A stretch of 64,000 bases of DNA. Origin: a virus. Taxonomy: Duplodnaviria > Heunggongvirae > Uroviricota > Caudoviricetes. The stretch spans positions 77,169 to 141,168 of the IMG/VR virus record IMGVR_UViG_3300037423_001636. One strand, 5' to 3'. The notes under the pieces are model-generated. The model searched no databases and had not been told where the DNA came from. It was given only the letters and a program-made list of their open reading frames with translations. Positions 27,745 to 36,158 of this stretch are shown here, in pieces (position 1 is the first letter of the stretch; each line of letters opens with the position of its first letter). A program made the translations under genes and the position numbers.

Positions 27745-28701
27745 TTAGGAAACGATCATTACCGAACCATCTGTCGTCTCGTTTGGATTGACACCCAAAG
27801 GAAGCGAAAACGAAAAAGAAACCGTGGAAAAACTACCAACCGAGCCTTCTATTCCAACGGAATCGACGTAAGCGTTCTTGAACGTATAGGTGGTCGGGGA
27901 AGCGGTCGAACAAGAGGGGTAGAGAGATAGCGCAAAGAGACCTTCTGTCGGGTTTCCGCAGGAGAATTGACAAAGGCCGGTAAGAGAATTGTTGATCCCT
28001 TCGAAGAAGCCCTGAACCTGCACAGTCGCGCTAACATCAGTCAGCGGGCGATCCGCGGGGAAGGGGCTATTGCCCAGTTGCAATACCTGTGTTCGACTAA
28101 ACCCAAGGTTCACGGAAAAGCTTTGGATCGTTAGTCCGGTAACGCCATACCCAGTGAACCCAATTCCAGTAAGAAAAGAGTTCTCTGGCTTCACCAATGC
28201 GGCGTCGTAGTTCAGAGTGTCACGAGCTGACGTATTTACCGATCCCGACATATCTAGGAACTGGAAACCAAGACTGGCTCGGACCGGCTCATTTACACTT
28301 CCTTGAATAGAGTAACTTGTTAGTACTCCGCTTTTTAGATCTATAAGTCCGTTGTAATTGCTAGAATTCGTAGGCGCGAAATATACTTGCATGTTGCGCA
28401 CGGCATAGCTGTTGCCCAGAGCGCGAGCGTCAGTAAGTCCAGATACAATCGTTGAAGAGTTAACGAAACCAAGCATTGTTTCGGGACTGATGTTGCTCTT
28501 TATAAAATCAACCGAAGCTTCCACCTGAGAGTAGTTGACTACCGGCCGCTGGTGCAGTGGCTTGGAACGACCAAGAATATCCACGTTGGTGCGGGGAATA
28601 TTCGATCCAATTCGTACGTTCTGCACGCGCTCCAAAGACTGCATTGAAGTTCCTGCCAGTCCGGACGAAATCTTTACGAGTCCTGCGTTATATTGGGGGA
28701 T
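27745..28701 (-). CDS. tail tube-like paralog (probable ATC start at 28701; first ATG at 28644)
   Basis: ERVQNVRIGSNIPRTNV, SGVLTSYSIQGSVNEPVRAS and IQSFSVNLGFSR align with the tube; AGAGGAA SD lies just upstream of ATC. Confidence 0.7.
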   Translation of the reverse strand: MPQYNAGLVKISSGLAGTSMQSLERVQNVRIGSNIPRTNVDILGRSKPLHQRPVVNYSQVEASVDFIKSNISPETMLGFVNSSTIVSGLTDARALGNSYAVRNMQVYFAPTNSSNYNGLIDLKSGVLTSYSIQGSVNEPVRASLGFQFLDMSGSVNTSARDTLNYDAALVKPENSFLTGIGFTGYGVTGLTIQSFSVNLGFSRTQVLQLGNSPFPADRPLTDVSATVQVQGFFEGINNSLTGLCQFSCGNPTEGLFALSLYPSCSTASPTTYTFKNAYVDSVGIEGSVGSFSTVSFSFSLPLGVNPNETTDGSVMIVS

Positions 28702-28733
28702 GGTCGTTCCTCTTTCTCTTTGGCTTAGAATCT

Positions 28734-28742
28734 ACTTTACAC
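28734..28742 (-). promoter_or_regulatory. GTGTAA motif before tube paralog
   Basis: TTTTTCGTGTAAAGT in the intergenic gap. Confidence 0.6.
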
Positions 28743-28758
28743 GAAAAACAGACATGGT

Positions 28759-29601
28759 TTAGCGAATGGATCTCACTTTCGCGATTTCCATATCTACTAG
28801 CCCAATGAATATAGATTCGTCGATCTTGACGCTGTCGCTCAGCTTACTACCCCTAACATCCGTAATCGTAAAAAGATTGTTGGTTGCACCATATCTGGAA
28901 ACGATATTTTCATAGTTGTACCCGCTCTTGTAGTCTCCGTAGAAATTCAGGGGCCACAGGTCCATCGTGAGTAGAGGGAAAGTGGAGTCTTTTGAATCCA
29001 CCAAGTAGGAAAGCGAGTTTTCTAACTGCGACAGTGATTCCGCCATAACAATAAGACTCATATTCAACTTGGTATTGTATGTGCCTCCGAAGGCAAACGA
29101 ATCGTTGGTGTTGTCGGCCAGTGAGACGAAAATGCATGGCGTAACCATGCTGTATGGTGGAGGAGTGCCCGTGATGGGCCGCGCGAACCGACTGTTCAAA
29201 TAATACTTGTTAGTAAATATGATACGCTCTTGAGTTTGGTTTGCAAAATATAGGTTGAAATCCTTAAATGAATAGGAGCCGCTTACAATAGCGGAAGTGC
29301 CAAAGCTGGATGGTAAAATCACTCTTCCATTGATAAAGTCCACCGCCATGCCGGATTGACCGCGGCTAAGAGAGCCAAACGAGCCGCTGACTGAATTAAG
29401 AATGATTGCTCCGCTTACTCCAGAGTCCCAGACCAAAGACTTAAATGGAGCTGCGTAAGTGACATAGCCGGGAAGTTGGCTGTCGGCAGTATAATAGAAT
29501 TGACTAGATGTGTTTACATACGCTTGGGAATTCTGTAGTAGATAATTATCTAACCACAGGTATGTAGAATTTAGAGCCAAGGACGAAAAAGAAGTGTTCA
29601 T
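28759..29601 (-). CDS. putative tail terminator/completion protein
   Basis: Start moved to ATG 29601, just after the upstream stop; TPCIFVS...FAFGG resembles terminator proteins; position before tube genes. Confidence 0.5.
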   Translation of the reverse strand: MNTSFSSLALNSTYLWLDNYLLQNSQAYVNTSSQFYYTADSQLPGYVTYAAPFKSLVWDSGVSGAIILNSVSGSFGSLSRGQSGMAVDFINGRVILPSSFGTSAIVSGSYSFKDFNLYFANQTQERIIFTNKYYLNSRFARPITGTPPPYSMVTPCIFVSLADNTNDSFAFGGTYNTKLNMSLIVMAESLSQLENSLSYLVDSKDSTFPLLTMDLWPLNFYGDYKSGYNYENIVSRYGATNNLFTITDVRGSKLSDSVKIDESIFIGLVDMEIAKVRSIR

Positions 29602-29608
29602 CGGTCGT

Positions 29609-30274
29609 CTAAGAATTTGTCTTGGTGAAACGACGTTTGAATCCGCTCTTGTTATAAGCACGAATTCTTTCAACGAACCTATTGAACATTTCGGTCAGAT
29701 ATCCATCCTTTGGCCTAACGTAATTCGCCGCACGAAGGGTGGATTTTACCTGCACGCCACCCCCAGAGCGCGATGAGTCGGTATTGGAAAATCTAGCTAG
29801 GAAACGTCCGAAACCGGGAATTGTAGTTTCAATTTTCTTGACCCATGACAGTCCTTTGGCCCACGGCAACGGTGTTGCGCGGTAAATAGATTCCTTAGTC
29901 TCCAAAACGTTTACCTCAAAGGTGAATCTTGCGACCGACGGGTCCTTCCCCACGTACCGTAGCTTAGGCCCGTCAGGATCTGTGGGGTTTAACCGCTTGC
30001 GCACTTCTTCCGTAGGATTATCTCCTTCTGTGAAGCCAATAAATGAGAACAGATTTTCTGGCCCTTCGCCGCCGCGGAGCGTATCACTGATGTTTGCAGA
30101 GCCGATTCCCGCATCAATCTCTTGTGTTACTCTGCTCTCCTCGAAGTCCTTCATCAGGCCCATCGCGGCGTCGTCGAAAACCTCTTTGGCCCGCTGTTCG
30201 GCCGCTGCTTTAAGATCGCCGCTGGCGTCTTTAGCAACCTGCACTTTGATTTGTCCCCAGTTGATCGTTGCCAT
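29609..30274 (-). CDS. putative tail completion protein (HK97 gp10-like position)
   Basis: 221 aa; GNLFSFIGF-like motif; between head closure and terminator. Confidence 0.45.
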   Translation of the reverse strand: MATINWGQIKVQVAKDASGDLKAAAEQRAKEVFDDAAMGLMKDFEESRVTQEIDAGIGSANISDTLRGGEGPENLFSFIGFTEGDNPTEEVRKRLNPTDPDGPKLRYVGKDPSVARFTFEVNVLETKESIYRATPLPWAKGLSWVKKIETTIPGFGRFLARFSNTDSSRSGGGVQVKSTLRAANYVRPKDGYLTEMFNRFVERIRAYNKSGFKRRFTKTNS

Positions 30275-30285
30275 AACTGTTGACC

Positions 30286-30747
30286 CTACATAGATCTCAC
30301 GAAATAGAACGTATACGTTTCGGTCCCGAAAAGTCCGTGTGGACGCGCAATCGACGCCAAATCGAACAGATTTCCATCTATCTGCACCTTCTTTGCGGTT
30401 TGGAGTAGCGCGTAGCCAGAGCCATCAACCTTCAATCGAACCGATCGGCTAGTCTGATCCTTCTCTTTTATCTCTGCCGCGTTCCCCCCTTTGAGTGGAT
30501 TAATGAATGACCACTCCTGATTCTTATCATAAAGGATTCTACCACTTATAGTTGTGTAGTTCGGAACGTTTGTTATGCTGGTGCTGTTCTGATTATAGGC
30601 TTCGAGCGGATTATAGTTGGGATCAGTAATCAGAACTATATGAGCAGCCTCTTGGTATATCGTGAACGGGCGTACAAATGTGTCAATGCCACTCTTAAAG
30701 TCGGCCACAATCGATGCCTTTTCTGCGTCTGTGAGAAGAGATGCCAT
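30286..30747 (-). CDS. putative head closure protein (gp16-like)
   Basis: 153 aa beta-rich; VQIDGNLFD...RPHGLFG..YTFYF motif. Confidence 0.55.
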   Translation of the reverse strand: MASLLTDAEKASIVADFKSGIDTFVRPFTIYQEAAHIVLITDPNYNPLEAYNQNSTSITNVPNYTTISGRILYDKNQEWSFINPLKGGNAAEIKEKDQTSRSVRLKVDGSGYALLQTAKKVQIDGNLFDLASIARPHGLFGTETYTFYFVRSM

Positions 30748-30754
30748 GCATCAG

Positions 30755-30763
30755 TGTTTACAC
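30755..30763 (-). promoter_or_regulatory. GTGTAA motif before head closure gene
   Basis: GTGTAAACA, 7 nt before ATG 30747; abuts the terminator T-tract. Confidence 0.6.
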
Positions 30764-30764
30764 G

Positions 30765-30790
30765 AAAAAAGCCCCGGTTGTAGCCGGGGC
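30765..30790 (-). terminator. Rho-independent terminator after the annealase gene
   Basis: GCCCCGG-CTACAA-CCGGGGC then TTTTTT. Confidence 0.85.
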
Positions 30791-30817
30791 TGAACGCTAA
30801 GAGAATCAAACAGACCG

Positions 30818-31591
30818 CTATTTCTTAAGAAGTGATGAGCGAATAATCTGAACGAGAGAAAGGCAGTCTCTGGCCGGAACGGACTCAAACCCCGTCCACT
30901 TGGCTGGATCGCTTTCCAAGTTCGACTTGTATTTCTTTGCCGCCATTGCTTTAAGCTCATCGAATCCAAGCTTCGCTTCTTCCGCAGATCTCTTCAACAT
31001 GGGAATTGGAAGGTGCGGGACTGACCCAGAGCAGCTGCTTTCGGTTGACTCCACCACGGGAACGTGACCCATCTTGATTTCATCGTTGCCGACAATGTGA
31101 ATGCCAAGAAAATTGCGCACCGCTCGAACAAAGGCGCGATTGGCTGCAATGGTCTCTAGATAGGGGTGGAAGTCGGGTTTTACATTCTCCAGAGAGGCCG
31201 CTCCAACATCTCCGAATGACGTTCCGTGCGTGGCGGTCTCGAAGTTTGGCAACCATTCTATTTGCGTCTGTACCACACACTTTGTGTCGCTCACGTATTT
31301 AACTTCCGGTCTCACTTCAGAATAGCCGCGTAATTGTGCCAACTCTTTAATGCCGGCAAGCAGGATTAGCAGATAACGGTCTTCTACCTCTAGCGGAGAA
31401 ATTTCTTTTAGAGAACGTCCAAAGCGCTTGGTCAGGTCTTCCTCATACTGTCGATTGATGACCAGATGGGCCGGATTCACCATCGCCCTCCAATCAACCA
31501 TGCCATTGGACTTGAACCTGTATTCTACGTCGGCCACTAGCCCACGCTCGTCTCGACTGAACACAACCGGAGTTTCGATAATTTCATTCAT
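30818..31591 (-). CDS. Rad52/Sak/Erf-like single-strand annealing protein
   Basis: LLAGIKELA, DVGAAS and ETIAANRAFVRAVRNFLGI resemble the Rad52-fold helix motifs. Confidence 0.6.
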   Translation of the reverse strand: MNEIIETPVVFSRDERGLVADVEYRFKSNGMVDWRAMVNPAHLVINRQYEEDLTKRFGRSLKEISPLEVEDRYLLILLAGIKELAQLRGYSEVRPEVKYVSDTKCVVQTQIEWLPNFETATHGTSFGDVGAASLENVKPDFHPYLETIAANRAFVRAVRNFLGIHIVGNDEIKMGHVPVVESTESSCSGSVPHLPIPMLKRSAEEAKLGFDELKAMAAKKYKSNLESDPAKWTGFESVPARDCLSLVQIIRSSLLKK

Positions 31592-32835
31592 GACTGAAAA
31601 ATGTAAAAGCTGTTAACATCGCGCCAGAATTCGGCGGAATCGATCACTGCGCCAGTATTCTGATCGGTAGACCTTGCCGATTGACCTGATAGTTGATGCG
31701 CTCTACTCAAGTAGACTTTTCCATCTGAGAGTAGAAACCGATTGGTCTTGAAGAAGAGTGTCGATGGATTGATCGTGAGGTCAAGAGGTTTGTTCAGATA
31801 GCTGGCGGCTCCTTTCTGAAACTCGTCAATTGTTGCATGTTGAATCTGGTCAAAGTAGCAGCCGATCTCGAAGAGCTTTAGCCGAAGGTTCCGCAGCTTG
31901 TCCTCATCACTCTCTTCTGTGACGAATTGAGTTGGTATTCCAAGTCGGCGAAGCGCTCTAATCCAATCGACGCTAAGAGTGTCCACTACAATTCGAAGAG
32001 AGTTGATATTTGGTTTTAGTTGAGCAAGCAGATTTAGATTCACCTCTCGATTGAGGATTATGCAGCATTTTCGCAACCTAACATTGGATAGTAGGATGTT
32101 CTCGTCGAAATAGTAATCCATCCTCACGATCAGTGGGCCGGCTATCTGGACGGATGGATCTATTACAACGTTCGGGATTAGTTCGATTTGCGGCGCGTTG
32201 TAATCGGGACCAATGTAGAGGGAGTGACGCGTAATCGATTCAGACTGACCGAGAAGGAGAAGGGCGGCGTTGGCCACTTGCTCGGGGGGAATGACATTTA
32301 CCGTCTTCGGAAACTCGGCTGATTGGTAGCTGGGGCGCTTGCGACCGAAACGATGGGATTCGATGAGAACTGTCTTGAGAGGGTCTTTCCAGTGTGGGCC
32401 ATGATTCTTGGGGTCCGTCGGACCGTAGAGCGTCACGAGTTCGCGACCAGCTGCCCCGCGAATATGCGCCCATTGGGAATCGTTGCCAATGAGTAGCGCG
32501 CAATTCTTTACGAGATAGTGGCATTGGGCGAATGAAGTCCGACCGCACAGAGATTCTTCTACGCCTTTCAACGTTGGCTCGCCGGGACCTCCAATCTGGT
32601 AAAATCGGTATCCCAAGGGCTCCACAATCGGCTTTAACAGCTCCAAAACCTCGACGAAGTGATCGTACAGCTTGGCCGGCTTAGTGGCCTGATTGTTGTT
32701 TACGTCCCCAGCAAACGCGTGAACCAGAATTGTCTTTTCGACGGGGTGGGCCAGTGGGAAAAACGATTCTTCTGTCATGGGGCGGCTAAGACGCACTCCA
32801 CACTGCTTGGCATAGGTAACCGCGAGAGTACTCAT
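31588..32835 (-). CDS. GT9 C-terminal (nucleotide-sugar-binding) domain plus unknown C-terminal domain
   Basis: QIGGPGE, LCGRTSFAQ, LLIGNDSQWAHIRGA, LYGPTDP. Confidence 0.8.
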   Translation of the reverse strand: MSTLAVTYAKQCGVRLSRPMTEESFFPLAHPVEKTILVHAFAGDVNNNQATKPAKLYDHFVEVLELLKPIVEPLGYRFYQIGGPGEPTLKGVEESLCGRTSFAQCHYLVKNCALLIGNDSQWAHIRGAAGRELVTLYGPTDPKNHGPHWKDPLKTVLIESHRFGRKRPSYQSAEFPKTVNVIPPEQVANAALLLLGQSESITRHSLYIGPDYNAPQIELIPNVVIDPSVQIAGPLIVRMDYYFDENILLSNVRLRKCCIILNREVNLNLLAQLKPNINSLRIVVDTLSVDWIRALRRLGIPTQFVTEESDEDKLRNLRLKLFEIGCYFDQIQHATIDEFQKGAASYLNKPLDLTINPSTLFFKTNRFLLSDGKVYLSRAHQLSGQSARSTDQNTGAVIDSAEFWRDVNSFYIFQS

Positions 32836-34727
32836 GCTTCCAGCTCCAGTCCAATTTTATCGTGAGTTAGGTAATTGAGTTGACGCTGCGTGGCAAGCGC
32901 TGGAAAATAATAGCTATCTACATACTGCATCATCACCATTTCTTGCTCCATTACAGGATGATACGGAAGCACCTTATATACATGATGATTCCCGGCAAGA
33001 ATTTCGAAGTATCGTGGCTCGGTTGCCACATACAAGTCTGCGTCGGGATACAGCTCCTTCAGCTTTGGAAATAAGGCAGTGCACATATATACGTCTCCAC
33101 CACTCTCCTTGATGACGAACAGAATTCGCTTACGACCGTTTGAATCGAAGAGGCTGCCGAATTCTTGCGGCGGTTGTGATTTCGCATTATCTTCTGCCGC
33201 CACCTTACGGAAAAACTGATAGATCTGTTCCCGCGGAACTCCGTGCTCTAACTGGTGCATCCAGTTCTTGAACCCGTCGGGGTCCGGTTCGCAAAGCAAT
33301 ATATTTTTGTATAACGCCTTAATCCACTCGCCGGGATTATCAATCTGCGGCATGGGATAATCGGGGTTCTTAAGCTTTGGAGCTAGCGTAATTGAGGACC
33401 AGTCTTTGGGCGGAAGAGCGTCGAATACTTTTTCCCACTGCGGTCCGATAGCGTCGATGGAGAAGGTTTTGGCTGACCAATCGCGCCCTTGTTCGCCCAG
33501 CCGTGTTCGCTCTTTCTTATCAGCCTTCCAAATCTTCTCCATAAAACCTGTGATAGAATCCACGTCATTAGTGGCCTTCATGAATGAGGTGCTAGCCTCA
33601 AAACGGGGATGCCATTTGATGGGATAGATGAATGGCTGAATGCAGAAATCTTCTCCGGAGGAGTAGTTCGTGGTGGCTAGCGGCAAGCCGCAAAGCAGCG
33701 TGTTAACATTCTCAAACTCTAGACCACCAGAAGTCAACGGGCTAATTGTAGCGTCGCGAATACCATATACCAGCTTCATTTCTTCAGCCGGCACACTGTG
33801 AGCAATAGAAACGGTGATGTTAGATTTCTTGGCTCCGCAGAGTGGACAATCAAGATCTTCGCCACCGTATGGTCGCACGTGCCAGCCGCCGCAAGCCTTG
33901 CAAATATAGGTGCAAAGGATGTCATTATTGTCGATTCCGAGATATTTGATGAGTCGCGGGAAGTCCCAGCCGGCCGCCGTCTCGCTCCACGACGTGTGTA
34001 GATGCAGCTTTACATTGGCTCGCGGGTTAACCTGCTTGAACTTCTGAAAAGCGAGGAGAATGTTCAACGCTTCTTTTCTCAGCTGATTACGGAATGTGTA
34101 GCCGAAAATCGTGGCAGACTGGTCAATTCCAAATCGGCGGCGCAGATCAGTCCGTTCGTTCTCTGATAGAGGAGAGAAGTTCTGTACATTCGTGGCTCCA
34201 TAAATCTGCTTGACGTGACCATACTCCGAACCACGCTTCTTCATTTCCTTCGCGGCAAAAGAAGCCCATGTATAGTAGTTTGGCGTAGAGCGTGCCTGCT
34301 CATACGCCAAGTCTAAAACTGGAACTGAGTCTACCGTGACATGAAGAATGGAATTAATCTGCCTCCACCATGGAGCGCCGATAAAGTCTCCTTGATACGA
34401 CCACACGTCATCGCTGCACCATAGAATGTCAGGCTTTTCCTCTTTGACAATTTTGTCGATGTAGTAAGCTCCGTAGGATACCTGTCGCGCCCGAAACGGG
34501 TCCTGATTGAGCTGGGCGATAATCTGAGGATCTGTCGGCACTGCGCCGAAGCTCTTCCATGGCATACGTGCGTGGTTTGGGTCCCCCGCACTAACCTGCG
34601 AACAGTAGTACACCAAATCATATTTGCCAGTCTTCTGGAGATACTGAGCTAGGAACTTGCCGTTCTCCGACAAGCCCGTTGAAATCCAAGGAGGATTGGT
34701 AGTGAGGACGATCTTACGGCGGGCCAT
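32832..34727 (-). CDS. multidomain glycosyltransferase: GT4-like + CxxC ribbon + DUF4214-like + GT9 N-terminal domain
   Basis: STGLSENG, RNQLRKE, SGGLEFENVNTLLCG; CKAC..CPLC; ALYKNILLCEPDPDGFKNW; ILFVIKESGGDVYMCTALFPKLKELYP. Confidence 0.8.
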   Translation of the reverse strand: MARRKIVLTTNPPWISTGLSENGKFLAQYLQKTGKYDLVYYCSQVSAGDPNHARMPWKSFGAVPTDPQIIAQLNQDPFRARQVSYGAYYIDKIVKEEKPDILWCSDDVWSYQGDFIGAPWWRQINSILHVTVDSVPVLDLAYEQARSTPNYYTWASFAAKEMKKRGSEYGHVKQIYGATNVQNFSPLSENERTDLRRRFGIDQSATIFGYTFRNQLRKEALNILLAFQKFKQVNPRANVKLHLHTSWSETAAGWDFPRLIKYLGIDNNDILCTYICKACGGWHVRPYGGEDLDCPLCGAKKSNITVSIAHSVPAEEMKLVYGIRDATISPLTSGGLEFENVNTLLCGLPLATTNYSSGEDFCIQPFIYPIKWHPRFEASTSFMKATNDVDSITGFMEKIWKADKKERTRLGEQGRDWSAKTFSIDAIGPQWEKVFDALPPKDWSSITLAPKLKNPDYPMPQIDNPGEWIKALYKNILLCEPDPDGFKNWMHQLEHGVPREQIYQFFRKVAAEDNAKSQPPQEFGSLFDSNGRKRILFVIKESGGDVYMCTALFPKLKELYPDADLYVATEPRYFEILAGNHHVYKVLPYHPVMEQEMVMMQYVDSYYFPALATQRQLNYLTHDKIGLELEA

Positions 34728-35398
34728 TAAAATGGGATGGGATCGTCAACGCTCTCAATCTGCTTGGTAGGTATCTTAGATGCGTTAACTGGAGCATCGC
34801 TTTTCTGCGGAGAAGATGGCTTCTCTTCCGTCTTACGACCGGCAATTCCCAGCTTTTCAACCAACGCCTTCAGCTCGTTTTCAAAAAACGAGTCCACATC
34901 ACTGTAATCGTTTTTAATCAAATTTCCCTTTTTATCTGTGATGGCCTCGGATTTTGGCTGGTCGGCCAGCTCAATCTTCCACGCGACGCGATCCCCTTTT
35001 TGGGTAAGGCCAAAAGCTTCGTAACCACCGCGATTTTCGTAGTAGGAAATTGAGATGTCGTCGGTAGATCCAAGGGAGAGAAGCGCATTGAAAAGCCCGC
35101 GAGTGGCCATTCGGTAGCTTAGACTGATATGGTAAGTCTCCTTGGCGATAGGGTCGGATACATAAAGCACCACCTGTTTGCTGGTCGTACCCTTAATCTC
35201 ACGATCCTTAAAGTCAATCTTAACCAGATTTCCGTTAACCCGGGTTGGCCTTTCGTTCGTCTTGGCAATTTTGCCGTCAGCGCCAACCCTAGAGACCTCT
35301 AGATATGGCTCCACTTTATTTCCATCCGCATCTTTGCTGCGCGGAGTAATAAATACCAGAGGGTTGCTATCGAATGTCTTACCGTTTGAGAGTGCCAT
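34727..35398 (-). CDS. putative single-stranded DNA-binding protein
   Basis: Beta-rich N-terminus, low-complexity linker, acidic C-terminal DDPIPF tail. Confidence 0.6.
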   Translation of the reverse strand: MALSNGKTFDSNPLVFITPRSKDADGNKVEPYLEVSRVGADGKIAKTNERPTRVNGNLVKIDFKDREIKGTTSKQVVLYVSDPIAKETYHISLSYRMATRGLFNALLSLGSTDDISISYYENRGGYEAFGLTQKGDRVAWKIELADQPKSEAITDKKGNLIKNDYSDVDSFFENELKALVEKLGIAGRKTEEKPSSPQKSDAPVNASKIPTKQIESVDDPIPF

Positions 35399-35450
35399 AT
35401 GAATGAGTATGTTTGAAGTTCGTATCTAATTTGAGCGCAACGGCCCACAC

Positions 35451-35481
35451 TTTATAATCAATGTCTTTAACGCGGTGTCAA
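35451..35481 (-). promoter_or_regulatory. possible sigma70-type promoter for the SSB/GT operon
   Basis: TTGACA at 35481-35476 and TTATAA/TATAAA 18-19 nt downstream. A TATAAT also lies on the + strand at 35453-35458. Confidence 0.35.
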
Positions 35482-35512
35482 GAGGAAAGAGATAAAACTC
35501 TGCTATAGTCGC

Positions 35513-35521
35513 GTGTAATCT
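35513..35521 (+). promoter_or_regulatory. GTGTAA motif before DUF4032-like gene
   Basis: TCGCGTGTAATCT, 7 nt before ATG 35529. Confidence 0.6.
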
Positions 35522-35528
35522 CTATGCT

Positions 35529-35741
35529 ATGCCAACGGGCGAACCGTTCTCCATCGAATCTTCTGAACTATATCAGTTCAGGCAGGCGGAGCGAGCCGAA
35601 ATCGAGCGAAATAAATGGCTCTTGAGCGAGAAGGCTGGTTGCGACGTTGGCTGGGACTATGCTCAGTGGAATTGGATCTGGTGTCACCGCCAAAAGTGGC
35701 TGGACGGACTTAAGGCCGAGGGAAAATACCCATTGCGCTAA
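35529..35741 (+). CDS. small DUF4032-like protein
   Basis: SELY..RQAERAEIERNKWLLSEKAGCDVGW..A..NW...HR..W resembles small Verrucomicrobia proteins. Confidence 0.65.
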   Translation: MPTGEPFSIESSELYQFRQAERAEIERNKWLLSEKAGCDVGWDYAQWNWIWCHRQKWLDGLKAEGKYPLR

Positions 35742-36143
35742 TCAGTCTTCTATTCTGATTCCACACTCTTTCAATAGCTTTGCCCTAGTCTCGCGCTTAA
35801 TCACATCCTTATGTGGTTTTCCTATATCCTTGGCGTAACGTTCGTAATAACGTTCGCGAACGGGATCGTGACCGCCGTTTTTATCGGCGCGAGCTTGCGA
35901 CATCTCTTTCGAAATCTCCCACATATCAGACACCTTGAGATTCTTCGACTGAGTAATCCTGTTAAAGTCCTCTTTGCTAGCGGAGCCGGGTCGCGTGTCG
36001 TGGGCGGCGGCAGGCGCTGACCAGACCCGCTTGTAGAGTTTTCCATCTACTGTTTGAATTTGGCGCTCAGAAGGAGCGGCATCCAATGGCACATAAACCG
36101 AGATAATGTCGCCGTCAGTTGAAGCGAAATCGTATGATGGCAT
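35742..36143 (-). CDS. FmdB-like N-terminal ribbon protein lacking the Cys ligands
   Basis: MPSYDF start and KRVWSAP, the usual FmdB flanks, but no CxxC. Confidence 0.5.
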   Translation of the reverse strand: MPSYDFASTDGDIISVYVPLDAAPSERQIQTVDGKLYKRVWSAPAAAHDTRPGSASKEDFNRITQSKNLKVSDMWEISKEMSQARADKNGGHDPVRERYYERYAKDIGKPHKDVIKRETRAKLLKECGIRIED

Positions 36144-36149
36144 GATAGG

Positions 36150-36158
36150 GATTTACAC
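36150..36158 (-). promoter_or_regulatory. GTGTAA motif before FmdB-like gene
   Basis: CCGTGTAAATC, 6 nt before ATG 36143. Confidence 0.55.
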
